Positions 27,333 through 37,084 are shown, numbered from the stretch's first letter. The stretch is DNA of 64,000 nucleotides from Candidatus Falkowbacteria bacterium (GCA_037132255.1 JBAXPN010000002.1:12433-76432), one strand, 5' to 3'. Translations and numbers: made by a program. Notes: generated from the sequence alone by a model not told the origin.

Positions 27333-28097
27333 TTATTCGTCGCAAGAAATAACTTCTCTGGGGCCAACCTTCGCGTGTGAGTACGAGGGCTTAACCCAAC
27401 TTATTTGTATTATATATCCTTGCAGGCAACTAACACATGGAACTAATCCTAAGACACTCTGTGAGCCGGAACATAAAGTAAGCATAGTAATATCCATATG
27501 TTTCTTATGCTCATCCCAATATTTCAATCCATGGATTAATCTTTCTACTAATGTCTCACTCTCTTTAGGACAATTAGACATCCAGGCCGCAGAGTGACCA
27601 CGATGATCAACTTCTGGTTCTTCTCCGTCATGCACCCAAATTGCATACGGAACAGAATTTCCTTCGCGCTGATTTATGGTTGCGTCGACACTGTGATCTG
27701 ATGGGTCAATTATAACTGAAAATCGTTTCTCCATAACGCTAATAATTCTGAATAAGGGGATTTTTGGAACAATAATTACTAAGCGACTGAATTCCTTCCA
27801 AGGTCTCTGGACTTTAATCTTCGAAAGATTTACCTCAATGTCAAAATATTTCTTATAAAACCGCTCCCATTCTTCTACCCTACTCTTATAAAAAGAGCTA
27901 TTAAGTGATGGGTTATAAAACAACGCAATAATTTCTTGCGCCATACTGTTTCCACTTGTCCCCCGTAGACAATCTAGCATCTCGCGGGTAAAGCCGTTCT
28001 TCTCCAAGACCTGGAGACTTGTGACAACTTCACTGAACTTGGCAGTCCATAAACCACCTTCGTCCTGTTTGTTTTTTTTCATGGATGATTCCTCCAT
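27333..28097 (-). CDS. hypothetical protein
   Basis: 254-aa ORF, Cys/His-rich in the C-terminal third (HRGHSAAWMSNCP...LCSGS...PCVSC). No family recognised. Confidence 0.45.
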   Translation of the reverse strand: MEESSMKKNKQDEGGLWTAKFSEVVTSLQVLEKNGFTREMLDCLRGTSGNSMAQEIIALFYNPSLNSSFYKSRVEEWERFYKKYFDIEVNLSKIKVQRPWKEFSRLVIIVPKIPLFRIISVMEKRFSVIIDPSDHSVDATINQREGNSVPYAIWVHDGEEPEVDHRGHSAAWMSNCPKESETLVERLIHGLKYWDEHKKHMDITMLTLCSGSQSVLGLVPCVSCLQGYIIQISWVKPSYSHAKVGPREVISCDE

Positions 28098-28190
28098 TTT
28101 GTGCCTTCGCTTCTATTTAATTTAGAAAGCTTGGCTGGTTAGTAATTTGTTAATTTACAATCTACTTCAAAAAAGTATTATCTTATTTAA

Positions 28191-29789
28191 CTATTTGTTT
28201 GTATTTTTGTCAATAATAGTCTTAAGCATATACGTCCCCTGTAGTTTATAGCCGAACTTCTTATAATAGCCTCTTACTCCGACTCCGGAAATAATCGCTA
28301 GCTTATTTATTTCCGCGGCCTCAACTAATCTTTCTGCGGACTGTATGAGTTTGGTGCCCAGGCCGCTATGCTGGACCATTTTCTTTTCACCCATCATCAC
28401 GAGCTCTCCGTAAACATGAAGTTCGCGAATTATCGCTGGCGCAACCGGACTATTTTTATCAATTCTTAAACGACAAAAACCAAAGAGAGTTTTTCCGTCT
28501 TTGCTATCGGCGCTAATAAAATACTCTACGCCACCTGATGACGGATATTCTAAAATATTTAAATCAAAATTCTTTACTGGTTGGTCTTTGGCTTCGCGAC
28601 ATCTAATACAATTACATTTAACGCCCCGGTCTTTCATAACCTGGCGCAAATTCGTAATTTTATTGCCAGCCACAATCGACTCTCCTGGGATATCGCGAAT
28701 CAGGCGAATAATTCTAACATAAGTCGGAACAGCCTCTTTGCATTCAACTATTAATTCTTGTAAAACTTTATCACTATATGGCTTATATTTTCCCGCCTTA
28801 TACCATTTATATAGTAGACTGCCTTTAGTAACGACTGTTGGATAAAATTTAATCTGATCGGGTTGAAATCTTTCGTCGCTAAATAATTGCTTAAATAATT
28901 CTAAATCTTTTTTCGGTGTGGCCCCGGGAAGAGCCGGCATTAAATGATAGGTAACCTTAAAACCATATTGTTTTAATAATTTGGTTGCATCAGCTATCTC
29001 CTTTACACCATGGCCGCGTTTATTAAGTGCGAGTATTTTATCATCAATCGCTTGGACGCCAATTTCGACTCGTGTACAACCCAAATCGCGCATCTCTTCC
29101 AATTCTTTAACATTAATATAGTCCGGCCGAGTTTCGAGAGTTATGCCAATTAAATTATATTTAGCCACCTCGTTTTTCTTTTGTTCTAGTTTTAATAATC
29201 TCTTAAGTTCTACTAAACTTAAGTTTTTCTTATATTCATCTTTTAAATTAATTGTTTTTTTTTGAAAATCGTTCGCTGCTTTAAAACAATTTAAAATATA
29301 CCAATAGCGATATCTCTCCGGAAGATAACTCCAAGTTCCCCCGATAACAATAAGCTCAATTTTAGTTGGTTGGTGCCCATTATTCTCCAGGGCCTTTAGG
29401 CGACTAATGACTTGAACGTAGGGGTCATAGCCACAGCGAATCGCGCGCATCACCGCCGGTTCATTAGATAAGTAACTAGCCGGAACATCGGTCTCGTGTG
29501 GACAATAGGCGCAGGTTCCAGGGCAAGGATATGATTTAGTTAAAACAGCCACTGGCGCTATTCCAGACATTGTACGCACTGAGCGCTTCCTTAAAGTTTT
29601 TTCTAGTGATTCTATAGTCTTAATTTTTCCCGATTTTAATAAAAGGCGATATTCTTTCAAAATATCTGAGTTTAAAATCGCGGCAATCGTATATTTTTTA
29701 CAAATCATGCGTTTAACCCCCTCTAAATCCTCACGATTTTTTATTTGTCTTGCATAATTATTTAATAGGTCTTTTATTGCTTCTACCAT
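28191..29789 (-). CDS. elp3: Elp3-like radical SAM / GNAT acetyltransferase (tRNA U34 carboxymethylation enzyme family)
   Basis: RTMSGIAPVAVLTKSYPCPGTCAYCP (Cx3Cx2C radical-SAM cluster in the Elp3 context). The C-terminal GNAT has QHSGLGTKLIQSAERLV...YYKKFGYKL. Length is 532 aa. Confidence 0.85.
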   Translation of the reverse strand: MVEAIKDLLNNYARQIKNREDLEGVKRMICKKYTIAAILNSDILKEYRLLLKSGKIKTIESLEKTLRKRSVRTMSGIAPVAVLTKSYPCPGTCAYCPHETDVPASYLSNEPAVMRAIRCGYDPYVQVISRLKALENNGHQPTKIELIVIGGTWSYLPERYRYWYILNCFKAANDFQKKTINLKDEYKKNLSLVELKRLLKLEQKKNEVAKYNLIGITLETRPDYINVKELEEMRDLGCTRVEIGVQAIDDKILALNKRGHGVKEIADATKLLKQYGFKVTYHLMPALPGATPKKDLELFKQLFSDERFQPDQIKFYPTVVTKGSLLYKWYKAGKYKPYSDKVLQELIVECKEAVPTYVRIIRLIRDIPGESIVAGNKITNLRQVMKDRGVKCNCIRCREAKDQPVKNFDLNILEYPSSGGVEYFISADSKDGKTLFGFCRLRIDKNSPVAPAIIRELHVYGELVMMGEKKMVQHSGLGTKLIQSAERLVEAAEINKLAIISGVGVRGYYKKFGYKLQGTYMLKTIIDKNTNK

Positions 29790-29859
29790 ATATTTCCTGT
29801 TATACTTGAATTAAGATGCAATAATAATATAGCATTTTTTATAATTTAACAATATCACT

Positions 29860-31002
29860 ATGAAAGGCAAGATTACAAAAATTCTTATATTTTTAGCCTT
29901 AATACTTCTTCCTCTTGGCGTCACTAAAGCTGCTGACACAAAAACTGGCGATGCCGTCTATGTTTCAAAAGATGAAATAGTTAGCGGAAATTTATATGCT
30001 GCCGGCAACTCTATCACTATTGATGGTAATATTAGTGGAGATTTAATAGCAGCTGCTCAAATAATTACCGTTAATGGGCGCGTTGAAGGCGACATAATTG
30101 CAGCCGCACAAACCATAACCGTTAACGGTGAAGTTGGGGGAAACATTCGGGTGGCTGGAAGTTCAATTACTTTAAATGGTCCAGTTGAACGCAATGTTAA
30201 TGCCTTTGCTTCAAATATAATCATGGGCGCAACAAGTAAAACTGGCTGGGATGTTTTTGTGGCTGGTGCTACTTTCGAAAGTCGCGGCACAATTAATGGT
30301 AGCTTATCAGGAAAAGTTGGCCGTGCCTTAGTGTCTGGAAAAATTGCTAAAAATGTAAATTTACAAATTGCAGAAAATAGTCTTAGCGAGGGGTTAATCG
30401 TTTCACCCGACTCGTCAATTGGCGGCAGTCTGACTTATTCATCAAAAAATACGGCGCAGATTTCTGAGAAAGCTGTAGTTGGAGGTAAAATTGAGCAAAA
30501 AATTCCAGAAAGTAAAAACATAAACTGGTTTGCGCTTTGGGCTGGAACGAGAATTTATATAATTTTCTCCGCCTTACTCGTTGGCTTAGTCCTAGTTCTA
30601 CTTGGCAAAAAAGTTACTCCAAAAATTATTCAGAAAATTGAAGATAAACCGTTCCAAGCACTTCTTCCCGGATTAGTGATCATTTTTATTATTCCACCAA
30701 TCGCTTTATTTTTAGCTTTCACAGTTATTGGCATTCCGCTAGCCTTAATAGTTATCGCTTTATGGTTTGTCGCTGTATTTATAGCTAAAATTTTTACCGC
30801 CATTTTAGTTGGCAAAATTATTTTACATAGTCTAATTAAAAAACATGATATTAAACTCATCTGGTCTTTGATTTTAGGAGTTATTATCTGTTACTTATTA
30901 TTTGCCATTCCTTTTGTCGGCTGGATAATCAGCTTAATCGCTGCTTGGCTCGGCTTAGGTGGTCTTTGGTTATATGTTACCAATCAATTCAGAAATCTTT
31001 AA
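29860..31002 (+). CDS. membrane protein with N-terminal bactofilin-like beta-helical repeats
   Basis: Signal/TM start. Repeated units are GNLYAAGNSITIDGNISGDLIAAAQIITVNGRVEGDIIAAAQTITVNGEVGGNIRVAGSSITLNG. The C-terminal half has 4-5 TM helices. Confidence 0.6.
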   Translation: MKGKITKILIFLALILLPLGVTKAADTKTGDAVYVSKDEIVSGNLYAAGNSITIDGNISGDLIAAAQIITVNGRVEGDIIAAAQTITVNGEVGGNIRVAGSSITLNGPVERNVNAFASNIIMGATSKTGWDVFVAGATFESRGTINGSLSGKVGRALVSGKIAKNVNLQIAENSLSEGLIVSPDSSIGGSLTYSSKNTAQISEKAVVGGKIEQKIPESKNINWFALWAGTRIYIIFSALLVGLVLVLLGKKVTPKIIQKIEDKPFQALLPGLVIIFIIPPIALFLAFTVIGIPLALIVIALWFVAVFIAKIFTAILVGKIILHSLIKKHDIKLIWSLILGVIICYLLFAIPFVGWIISLIAAWLGLGGLWLYVTNQFRNL

Positions 31003-32344
31003 AGCCTACGACATCCGCGGAATCTACGGTCAAGATTTCGACAACGAAATGGCTTATCTTTTAGGCCTTGCTTTTGTTGAGCTGAGAAAAAAAGATGGAG
31101 ACTGTGGCTGCGGCAAGCTACAAATAGCCGTTGGCATGGACATGCGCCTTTCTTCCCCGTCTTTAAAAGATAATTTAATTCGCGGTTTAACCGACGCTGG
31201 CGCCGAGGCTATTTTTCTCGGCCTTGTTTCGACGCCAACTTTTTACTTTGCCGTTTCTAAATATAATTACCAGGGAGGAATAATGATTTCCGCCTCGCAT
31301 AATCCTAAGGAGTGGAATGGTTTTAAGATAGTAAGGGCAAAAGGAATCCCTGTTAGTGGTGATACCGGCATAAATTTCCTTAAAGAGCTGGTTCTTCTTA
31401 ATCATTTCCTACCAGCGACCGAGAAGGGCGAAGAATTAATAAATGATTCCGCTCTTGAGGACGAATTAAATTATACTTGGAGCCTAATTGATGTCGCAAA
31501 AATTAAAAAATTTAAGATCGTCGCTGACGCCGCTAATGGTATGGGCGCAATGTATTTAAACAGAATTCTCACCCTTGCTCCGGGCGAGGCAACTCCTTTA
31601 AATTTCAAGTTAGACGGCACTTTCCCCGCTCACGAGGCCGATCCGCTGAAAGAAGAAAATCTCGCCGACTTAAAAAAGGAGGTATATAAACAAAAAGCGG
31701 ATTTAGGAATTGCCTCTGACGGCGACGGCGATAGAATATTTTTTGTTGATAATGAAGGAGAAACAATTAACCCAGCAATTATCCGCGGATTACTTGCACA
31801 GTCATTTTTACAGGGTAAGCCGGGCGCTAAAATTGGTTATGATGTTCGTCCAGGAAAAATTACACCTGATTTAATTTCTGCGGCCGGAGGTATTCCGGTT
31901 ATTACCCGCGTTGGCCATTCTTTAATTAAAGAACAAATGATTAAAGAAGATATTTATTTCGCCGGCGAATCATCGGGTCATTTTTATTTCAATAGCCCGG
32001 TCGGTTGCTTTGAATTTCCGAGTTTAATGATTCTTAAATTACTTTTAGTTTTTTCGGCGAGCGACTTGCCGATCTCAGAACAAATCAAACAATATAAAAA
32101 ATACTTTCTCTCTGGTGAAATTAATCGCGATGTTAAGGACAAAGATTTAGTGTTTAAAACTATTGAAGAAAAATATGCGAGTGGCAAAATAAATAAACTC
32201 GACGGCGTATCAGTCGAGTTCCCCGACTTTTGGTTTAATGTACGCGGTTCAAACACTGAGCCAAAAATAAGATTGAACCTTGAAGCTATAAGCCAAGAAA
32301 TTATGGAAAAAAAACTCGACGAGGTTCTGGAATTAATTAAATAG
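30974..32344 (+). CDS. phosphomannomutase/phosphoglucomutase
   Basis: FKAYDIRG, MISASHNPKEWNGFK (phosphoserine loop) and ASDGDGDR (metal loop). The ATG at 30974 is preferred over the track start at 30959. Confidence 0.9.
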   Translation: MLPINSEIFKAYDIRGIYGQDFDNEMAYLLGLAFVELRKKDGDCGCGKLQIAVGMDMRLSSPSLKDNLIRGLTDAGAEAIFLGLVSTPTFYFAVSKYNYQGGIMISASHNPKEWNGFKIVRAKGIPVSGDTGINFLKELVLLNHFLPATEKGEELINDSALEDELNYTWSLIDVAKIKKFKIVADAANGMGAMYLNRILTLAPGEATPLNFKLDGTFPAHEADPLKEENLADLKKEVYKQKADLGIASDGDGDRIFFVDNEGETINPAIIRGLLAQSFLQGKPGAKIGYDVRPGKITPDLISAAGGIPVITRVGHSLIKEQMIKEDIYFAGESSGHFYFNSPVGCFEFPSLMILKLLLVFSASDLPISEQIKQYKKYFLSGEINRDVKDKDLVFKTIEEKYASGKINKLDGVSVEFPDFWFNVRGSNTEPKIRLNLEAISQEIMEKKLDEVLELIK

Positions 32345-32357
32345 AAAATACAAACAA

Positions 32358-32387
32358 AAAGACCTGATAGTTTTTCAGGTCTTTTTT
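32358..32387. terminator. intrinsic terminator, bidirectional
   Basis: AAAGACCTGA-loop-TCAGGTCTTT followed by a T-run. Confidence 0.7.
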
Positions 32388-32399
32388 ATTTTTCTTTTT

Positions 32400-32663
32400 T
32401 TATTTTCTTTCGACCTCAATCGTGCATTTAGTCATTAGAGCAGCTAGTGCGCCGATAGCGGCTAGCACCGGAGCAAAGAAGGCGCCAACTACAGCGAAGG
32501 TTACTGGTATCTCCATCATCTCTTTTCCTTTTTCATTTTTTATAATAATCCGACGGACATTCCCTTCTTTAATTAGTTCCTTTATTTTTTTAACTAATTC
32601 ATGGCCATAAACCTTAAACTGTTCTTTGGTCGATTCATTTTTCTTTGTTTGTTTTTTTGGCAT
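32400..32663 (-). CDS. DUF4342-like small protein
   Basis: LVKKIKELIKEGNVRRIIIKNEKGKEMMEIPVTFAVVGAFFAPVLAAIGALAAL matches my memory of the DUF4342 pattern. Confidence 0.55.
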   Translation of the reverse strand: MPKKQTKKNESTKEQFKVYGHELVKKIKELIKEGNVRRIIIKNEKGKEMMEIPVTFAVVGAFFAPVLAAIGALAALMTKCTIEVERK

Positions 32664-32748
32664 AAATTTATTCTTAATAATATGTATTTATTATACTCTA
32701 ATTACTAAGCAATTAAAACTATTTTCTTTTTTTATTTTCTCTTTTAGC

Positions 32749-32964
32749 TTAATACATTTGTTTTGACTTTCTGGTTACGGCAAGTATGGTAAGCACGGTA
32801 ATATATGAAGAGATTATTGAATTTGGTATTTGGTAGTCGCGGCGATAGGCAAAATCAAGAAAAAATAGACAGAAGACTAAAACTGTCCAAGCAATCACAA
32901 AAATTTCTCCGAGATGTTTTCTTCCATGTTTATCGTACCAGCGCTCAAACTCCTTATTGCTCAC
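32749..32964 (-). CDS. small membrane protein (2 TM)
   Basis: 71-aa ORF with two hydrophobic helices. Confidence 0.35.
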   Translation of the reverse strand: MSNKEFERWYDKHGRKHLGEIFVIAWTVLVFCLFFLDFAYRRDYQIPNSIISSYITVLTILAVTRKSKQMY

Positions 32965-33028
32965 CTAAATGGCTAAAGCACTAATATATATGGCTGTTAA
33001 TATATTTAAAAGATCGTTATGGCTAATA

Positions 33029-33057
33029 TTGACAATATATTGCTGATATGTTAAGCT
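33029..33057 (+). promoter_or_regulatory. sigma70-like promoter TTGACA-N17-TAAGCT
   Basis: TTGACA at 33029-33034 and TAAGCT at 33052-33057, upstream of the kinase gene. Confidence 0.4.
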
Positions 33058-33098
33058 ACTATTCTCTGTAACTTAACAATTAACCTAAACTAAATATA

Positions 33099-34163
33099 AT
33101 GGAAACTTTAATGACCGCAATGAGCGGACTTCCAGATGGATTTGCGATAATTAACAAATGCGGACATGTCCTGTATTGGAACCCCCAAATGGAAAAACTT
33201 ACAGGCCTATCTGCTGGACAGGCTAAAAATAAACTTGTTTGGGAAATCCAAGCAATGTTAATGCCAAAAGCTCTTAGTGAGGAGCGACTAATTTCATTAA
33301 AAAAATTCTGGGAGACAGGGAAATCGAATCTGGTCGATCTGGCCGAAAGCACAGAAACTGTGTTCGAAAAAGTAGATGGAAAGAGTATTCATGTTTCGCT
33401 TAGTTATTATAAAGCAAAGGTTTCAAAAATGCGCTCAATCCTTTGTGTGGTCGTCAAAGACCTCACAAAACAGAAAGAAAAAGAGCGTTTCTTTGAAAAT
33501 ATCGAAAGCATAAGAAATCATGAAATAAGAAGTCCTCTAAGCGGCGTAATCGGACTTTCTAATATACTATTAGACGATGCCGAGTACGGAATAAAGGGCG
33601 AAGCTGCTAAACTTCTTAAAATGGTCCGGGATAGTGGACTACTAACTCTCAAAATTGCTGAAACCTCACTACTTCTAGCGAAACTTGAAAGAAACAATTG
33701 TGAGTTAGCGAAAGAAGATATAGATCTTCAATCGTTTATTGCTCAAGTGACAAGCATCGCTCTTCAAATTGAACGCACGCACAGCGCCCATATTGAAATT
33801 CTTCCAGTCTTTGGAATTATTACAGAAAAGCCTATTGTCTTCCAAGGGGAGAAAACTCTCCTACTCTCGCTTTTAAGCAATCTAGTAAATAACGCAGCCG
33901 TCTCTTCCCCGGAGGGCAATCGAAATGTTATTTTGACTATCCATGTTAACGAAAAGCTATCGTTCATTATTCGCAACCCCGGTAATATCCCCGAGGAAGT
34001 GCGGCCACATTTATTCCAAAAGTATGCAACTGTTGGCAAAAAAAATGGAAATGGACTTGGCCTTTTCATCGCAAAGTTAATCACTGAAGCGCATGGTGGT
34101 GAAATATCATATTCTACCGGCGACGGCGAAACATTTTTTATCATTCAAATGCCGTTAAATTAG
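33099..34163 (+). CDS. cytoplasmic PAS-domain sensor histidine kinase (no adjacent response regulator)
   Basis: PAS-like N-terminus (DGFAIINKCGHVLYWNPQMEKLTGLSAGQAKNK), H-box IRNHEIRSPLSGVIG, N-box LVNNAAVSS, and G-boxes GNGLGLFIAKLITEAHGGEI. Confidence 0.85.
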   Translation: METLMTAMSGLPDGFAIINKCGHVLYWNPQMEKLTGLSAGQAKNKLVWEIQAMLMPKALSEERLISLKKFWETGKSNLVDLAESTETVFEKVDGKSIHVSLSYYKAKVSKMRSILCVVVKDLTKQKEKERFFENIESIRNHEIRSPLSGVIGLSNILLDDAEYGIKGEAAKLLKMVRDSGLLTLKIAETSLLLAKLERNNCELAKEDIDLQSFIAQVTSIALQIERTHSAHIEILPVFGIITEKPIVFQGEKTLLLSLLSNLVNNAAVSSPEGNRNVILTIHVNEKLSFIIRNPGNIPEEVRPHLFQKYATVGKKNGNGLGLFIAKLITEAHGGEISYSTGDGETFFIIQMPLN

Positions 34164-34181
34164 GCATATTCTCAAAATCGC

Positions 34182-34207
34182 AAAACAGCCCAACAAAGGC
34201 TGTTTTT
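34182..34207. terminator. intrinsic terminator, bidirectional
   Basis: AAAACAGCC-CAACAAA-GGCTGTTTTT. Confidence 0.7.
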
Positions 34208-34224
34208 AATTTGCTTTTTATTTT

Positions 34225-35856
34225 CTATTTATAGGCCTGAGCAATATACTCTTCAAGCGCCCGATCGGAATTAAAATATGAAGCATTCCAACTAATTGTA
34301 TTTTTCATAATTTCTCTCCAGTCTTCCGGCGAATTATAGTAAAGAGGGATAACTTCTGTTTTAAGAATATTATAAAGTTCATCCGCATTCTCAATTGCCC
34401 AGCCAGTTTTATTTTTAACGTAACCCTCTAACCACCAACCATCTAGAGTTCCGAGTTGTGGCACTCCGTTATGTGCTGCTTTCATGCCGCTGGTTCCGCT
34501 AGCTTCAAGTGGTGGTAGCGGCACATTAAGCCAGAGATCAACGCCGGCCACTAATAATTGCGCGATATCGAGATTATAGTTTTCTAAAAAAATAATATTA
34601 AGATGCGGATATTCTTTCTTTATCTGATAGATTTTTTGAATTGCTTCTTGCCCACTTTTATCGCGGCGATGCGCTTTCCCAGCAATAACTATTTGCGCCT
34701 GTCCGCTTGTTTCTAAGACATCGATAAGCCGCTCAACATCGCTAAATAATAAAAGTGGTTGCTTATAGCTCGTAAATCTTCGGGCAAAACCAATCGTAAA
34801 AACTTCATCCTTCCAATTATTCTTTTGTTTTTTGCTAATGTATTGCAATAATCTTCGCTTTGCTTTTTGATGCGAAACCCAAAGTTCTCCACTTGGGATA
34901 TTAATAGCTTGTTTAAGTAAGCTATTATTATTTTCCCACCCTTTCAAATATTTGTCGTATAAATCTTTAAATTCCGGAGCGGTCCAAAATAATGAATTTA
35001 CTCCATTCGTAATTGCCTGAATATTTTTCTCCGGAAAAATATTATTTAGAAGAGCTTGATGCCTTTTCGAGACACCATTAATATACGAACTAAAATACAT
35101 TGCCAAATTAAGCGAATTTAGTTTTTTGTTTTCTATAAGCCCTTCTAAGTTAGCTGGAAAATCTGCTTGGTTTTTTAATAATAGGTCTTGAGGAAATTCG
35201 TCATAAACTGTTTTAATTGGAGTATGGGTTGTAAATACACAAATTTTTTTCACTTCCTGTATTTTTTCTTGCTCACCACCTGCCAAAAATTGATTATATA
35301 ATTCAATCGCCGTTAAGGCGCCGTGCCCTTCGTTCAAATGATATTTCTTAATATTTTTATATCCGAGCGCTTGCAATATTTTCACGCCGCCCCGACCAAG
35401 AATAATTTCCTGGCGCAATCTATATTCGAGATCGCCACCGTAAAGACGCATAGTTAAATTCCGATATTCTTTTTTATTACTCTTAAGGTTGGCGTCCAAA
35501 AAATATACCGGAATTTTAAAGGCATTAGCACTTTTTATTATGTATTCCCAAACACCAATTTTAATCTTATCTGCCCCGATGTTTAATTCTATTTCTGTAT
35601 CAAGTTTTTTTAGAAGAGAAAAATCATAATCCTTATCCGAGACTTCCTTTTGCTCACCATGCTTATTTATTATTTGCTTAAAATATCCCTCATTATTAAT
35701 TAGGCTTATTCCCAGCATTGGGAACTCTTTTCCGGCGGCCGATTTTAAGATGTCGCCCGCTAAAACACCTAGGCCGCCGGCATAGGTTTTAATATTATTT
35801 TCTAGCGCAATCTCCATGCTTAAATAAGCAACGGAGTATAATTCTTTATTAATCAT
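34225..35856 (-). CDS. glgP: alpha-glucan phosphorylase (GT35, maltodextrin/glycogen phosphorylase family)
   Basis: GGLGVLAGD, and EASGTSGMKAAHNGV containing the PLP lysine. Length is 543 aa. Confidence 0.88.
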   Translation of the reverse strand: MINKELYSVAYLSMEIALENNIKTYAGGLGVLAGDILKSAAGKEFPMLGISLINNEGYFKQIINKHGEQKEVSDKDYDFSLLKKLDTEIELNIGADKIKIGVWEYIIKSANAFKIPVYFLDANLKSNKKEYRNLTMRLYGGDLEYRLRQEIILGRGGVKILQALGYKNIKKYHLNEGHGALTAIELYNQFLAGGEQEKIQEVKKICVFTTHTPIKTVYDEFPQDLLLKNQADFPANLEGLIENKKLNSLNLAMYFSSYINGVSKRHQALLNNIFPEKNIQAITNGVNSLFWTAPEFKDLYDKYLKGWENNNSLLKQAINIPSGELWVSHQKAKRRLLQYISKKQKNNWKDEVFTIGFARRFTSYKQPLLLFSDVERLIDVLETSGQAQIVIAGKAHRRDKSGQEAIQKIYQIKKEYPHLNIIFLENYNLDIAQLLVAGVDLWLNVPLPPLEASGTSGMKAAHNGVPQLGTLDGWWLEGYVKNKTGWAIENADELYNILKTEVIPLYYNSPEDWREIMKNTISWNASYFNSDRALEEYIAQAYK

Positions 35857-35933
35857 TCTATTTAGCTATTATATGATAATTTGATTATAGCATATTAAAA
35901 AAGGGCTCAACAATTAGTCGGGCCCTTAATTTT

Positions 35934-36635
35934 TCAGATTTTGTCTTCAGCAAATGTTTTTAGTTTAAGAACTGCATCTCTCACTTCTTTTTTTACTAAA
36001 TCAATATTAGTTTCATCGCTGAAAATTATCGGTTTGCCAATATAAAGTTCACCTTTATGGCCACCGTAAATTTTAGAAAAATTGAAACCAGATTCGATTG
36101 GCATTATCACTTGAATGTTGTGCAGATAAATAGGAACAACGTATTTCGGACGAACTGTCGTTATTGTTTTGGCAACGCCATATTTACAATCACCGATTAT
36201 CCCATTACGCGTTCTTGTCCCCTGGAAAAATAGCACTAAATTGCTGTTTTTCTTTTTTAATATATCACAAAAATTTGCAATGTCTTTTTCAACAACTTCC
36301 ATTTTCTTAGTATTCCGATGAGCTGGTACACACTTTGTCAGAAACATCACTTGTTCACCAAAGGGATGTTCATAAAAATTATGGTAATCCGGCGCATTGT
36401 ATGGAACACGATCATAACGAAAGAATATATCGAAGAGCGACGACACGCTAATCCCGATCAAGAGCGAATCAATAATGGTTTCATGGTTGGAGACATATAA
36501 AATCCCATTCTCCTTGGGTAAGTTTTTTCTGCCGCGAACTTTAACGCGGTTTCCGATTCGAAAGATATAGATCGCAACCAAGGCTAATAGTAGTAGCCAA
36601 ATGCGCCCAACGCTTTCTCCAATGAGTTTTTTCAT
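35934..36635 (-). CDS. plsC: 1-acyl-sn-glycerol-3-phosphate acyltransferase family protein
   Basis: NHETIIDS (HX4D motif) and FFQGTRTRNG (FPEGTR-like motif), with an N-terminal TM. Confidence 0.8.
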   Translation of the reverse strand: MKKLIGESVGRIWLLLLALVAIYIFRIGNRVKVRGRKNLPKENGILYVSNHETIIDSLLIGISVSSLFDIFFRYDRVPYNAPDYHNFYEHPFGEQVMFLTKCVPAHRNTKKMEVVEKDIANFCDILKKKNSNLVLFFQGTRTRNGIIGDCKYGVAKTITTVRPKYVVPIYLHNIQVIMPIESGFNFSKIYGGHKGELYIGKPIIFSDETNIDLVKKEVRDAVLKLKTFAEDKI

Positions 36636-36703
36636 GTTTTGGCTTGTTTTTAAGGTTCTTCAAGTATTATAGCACTGGCTAGAAAAACAGGAAGAGAATT
36701 AAA

Positions 36704-36979
36704 TTAGATATTTTTCGACATGTAAATTGCAGTATGGTTATGCTTTTTTTCAGTTTTATATATCTTAAAACCAAATCGTTTATAATAATCCTCTAATCCC
36801 TTTTCCTTAGCTGATTTACTTTCTCTAAATTTGTAGTCAATGCTCAAATTTAAAGAATCGGCTAATCGTAGCATTTCTTTCTCTTGTGAATCTAGAGAAA
36901 GAATTTGCCGACTGCTGTCTTCGGTAGACTTTCGGCAGTAGAGGGCATATTTAATTGTTTGTTCATTTTTGTCGTTCAT
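36704..36979 (-). CDS. junction chimera: serine recombinase N-terminal catalytic fragment (aa 1-58) fused in frame to a GNAT acetyltransferase C-terminus (aa 59-91)
   Basis: KYALYCRKSTEDSSRQILSLDSQEKEMLRLA is the resolvase-domain start with the catalytic Ser. After ...SKSAK it continues EKGLEDYYKRFGFKIYK, which is GNAT motif B. Confidence 0.8.
   Translation of the reverse strand: MNDKNEQTIKYALYCRKSTEDSSRQILSLDSQEKEMLRLADSLNLSIDYKFRESKSAKEKGLEDYYKRFGFKIYKTEKKHNHTAIYMSKNI
36806..36811. repeat. att core copy (CTTAGC), left junction
   Basis: Codons GCT AAG (Ala57-Lys58) of ORF 36704..36979, identical to the hexamer at 42053-42058. Confidence 0.65.
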
Positions 36980-37004
36980 ATAATTATTATTTAATAATCA
37001 AAAA

Positions 37005-37072
37005 GGGCAGTCCTGATTCACCCAGCAAATAAACCAACCCAAAGGCTAATTTATCGTTTGGCAGAACTACCC
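37005..37072 (-). other. strand-specific imperfect palindrome between rep and the recombinase start (candidate single-strand origin or structured leader)
   Basis: Minus strand GGGTAGTTCTG (37072-37062) pairs with CAGGACTGCCC (37015-37005) over 11 bp. The two non-Watson-Crick positions are G-T on the minus strand but C-A on the plus strand. Confidence 0.35.
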
Positions 37073-37084
37073 ATTTCGAGCGAC

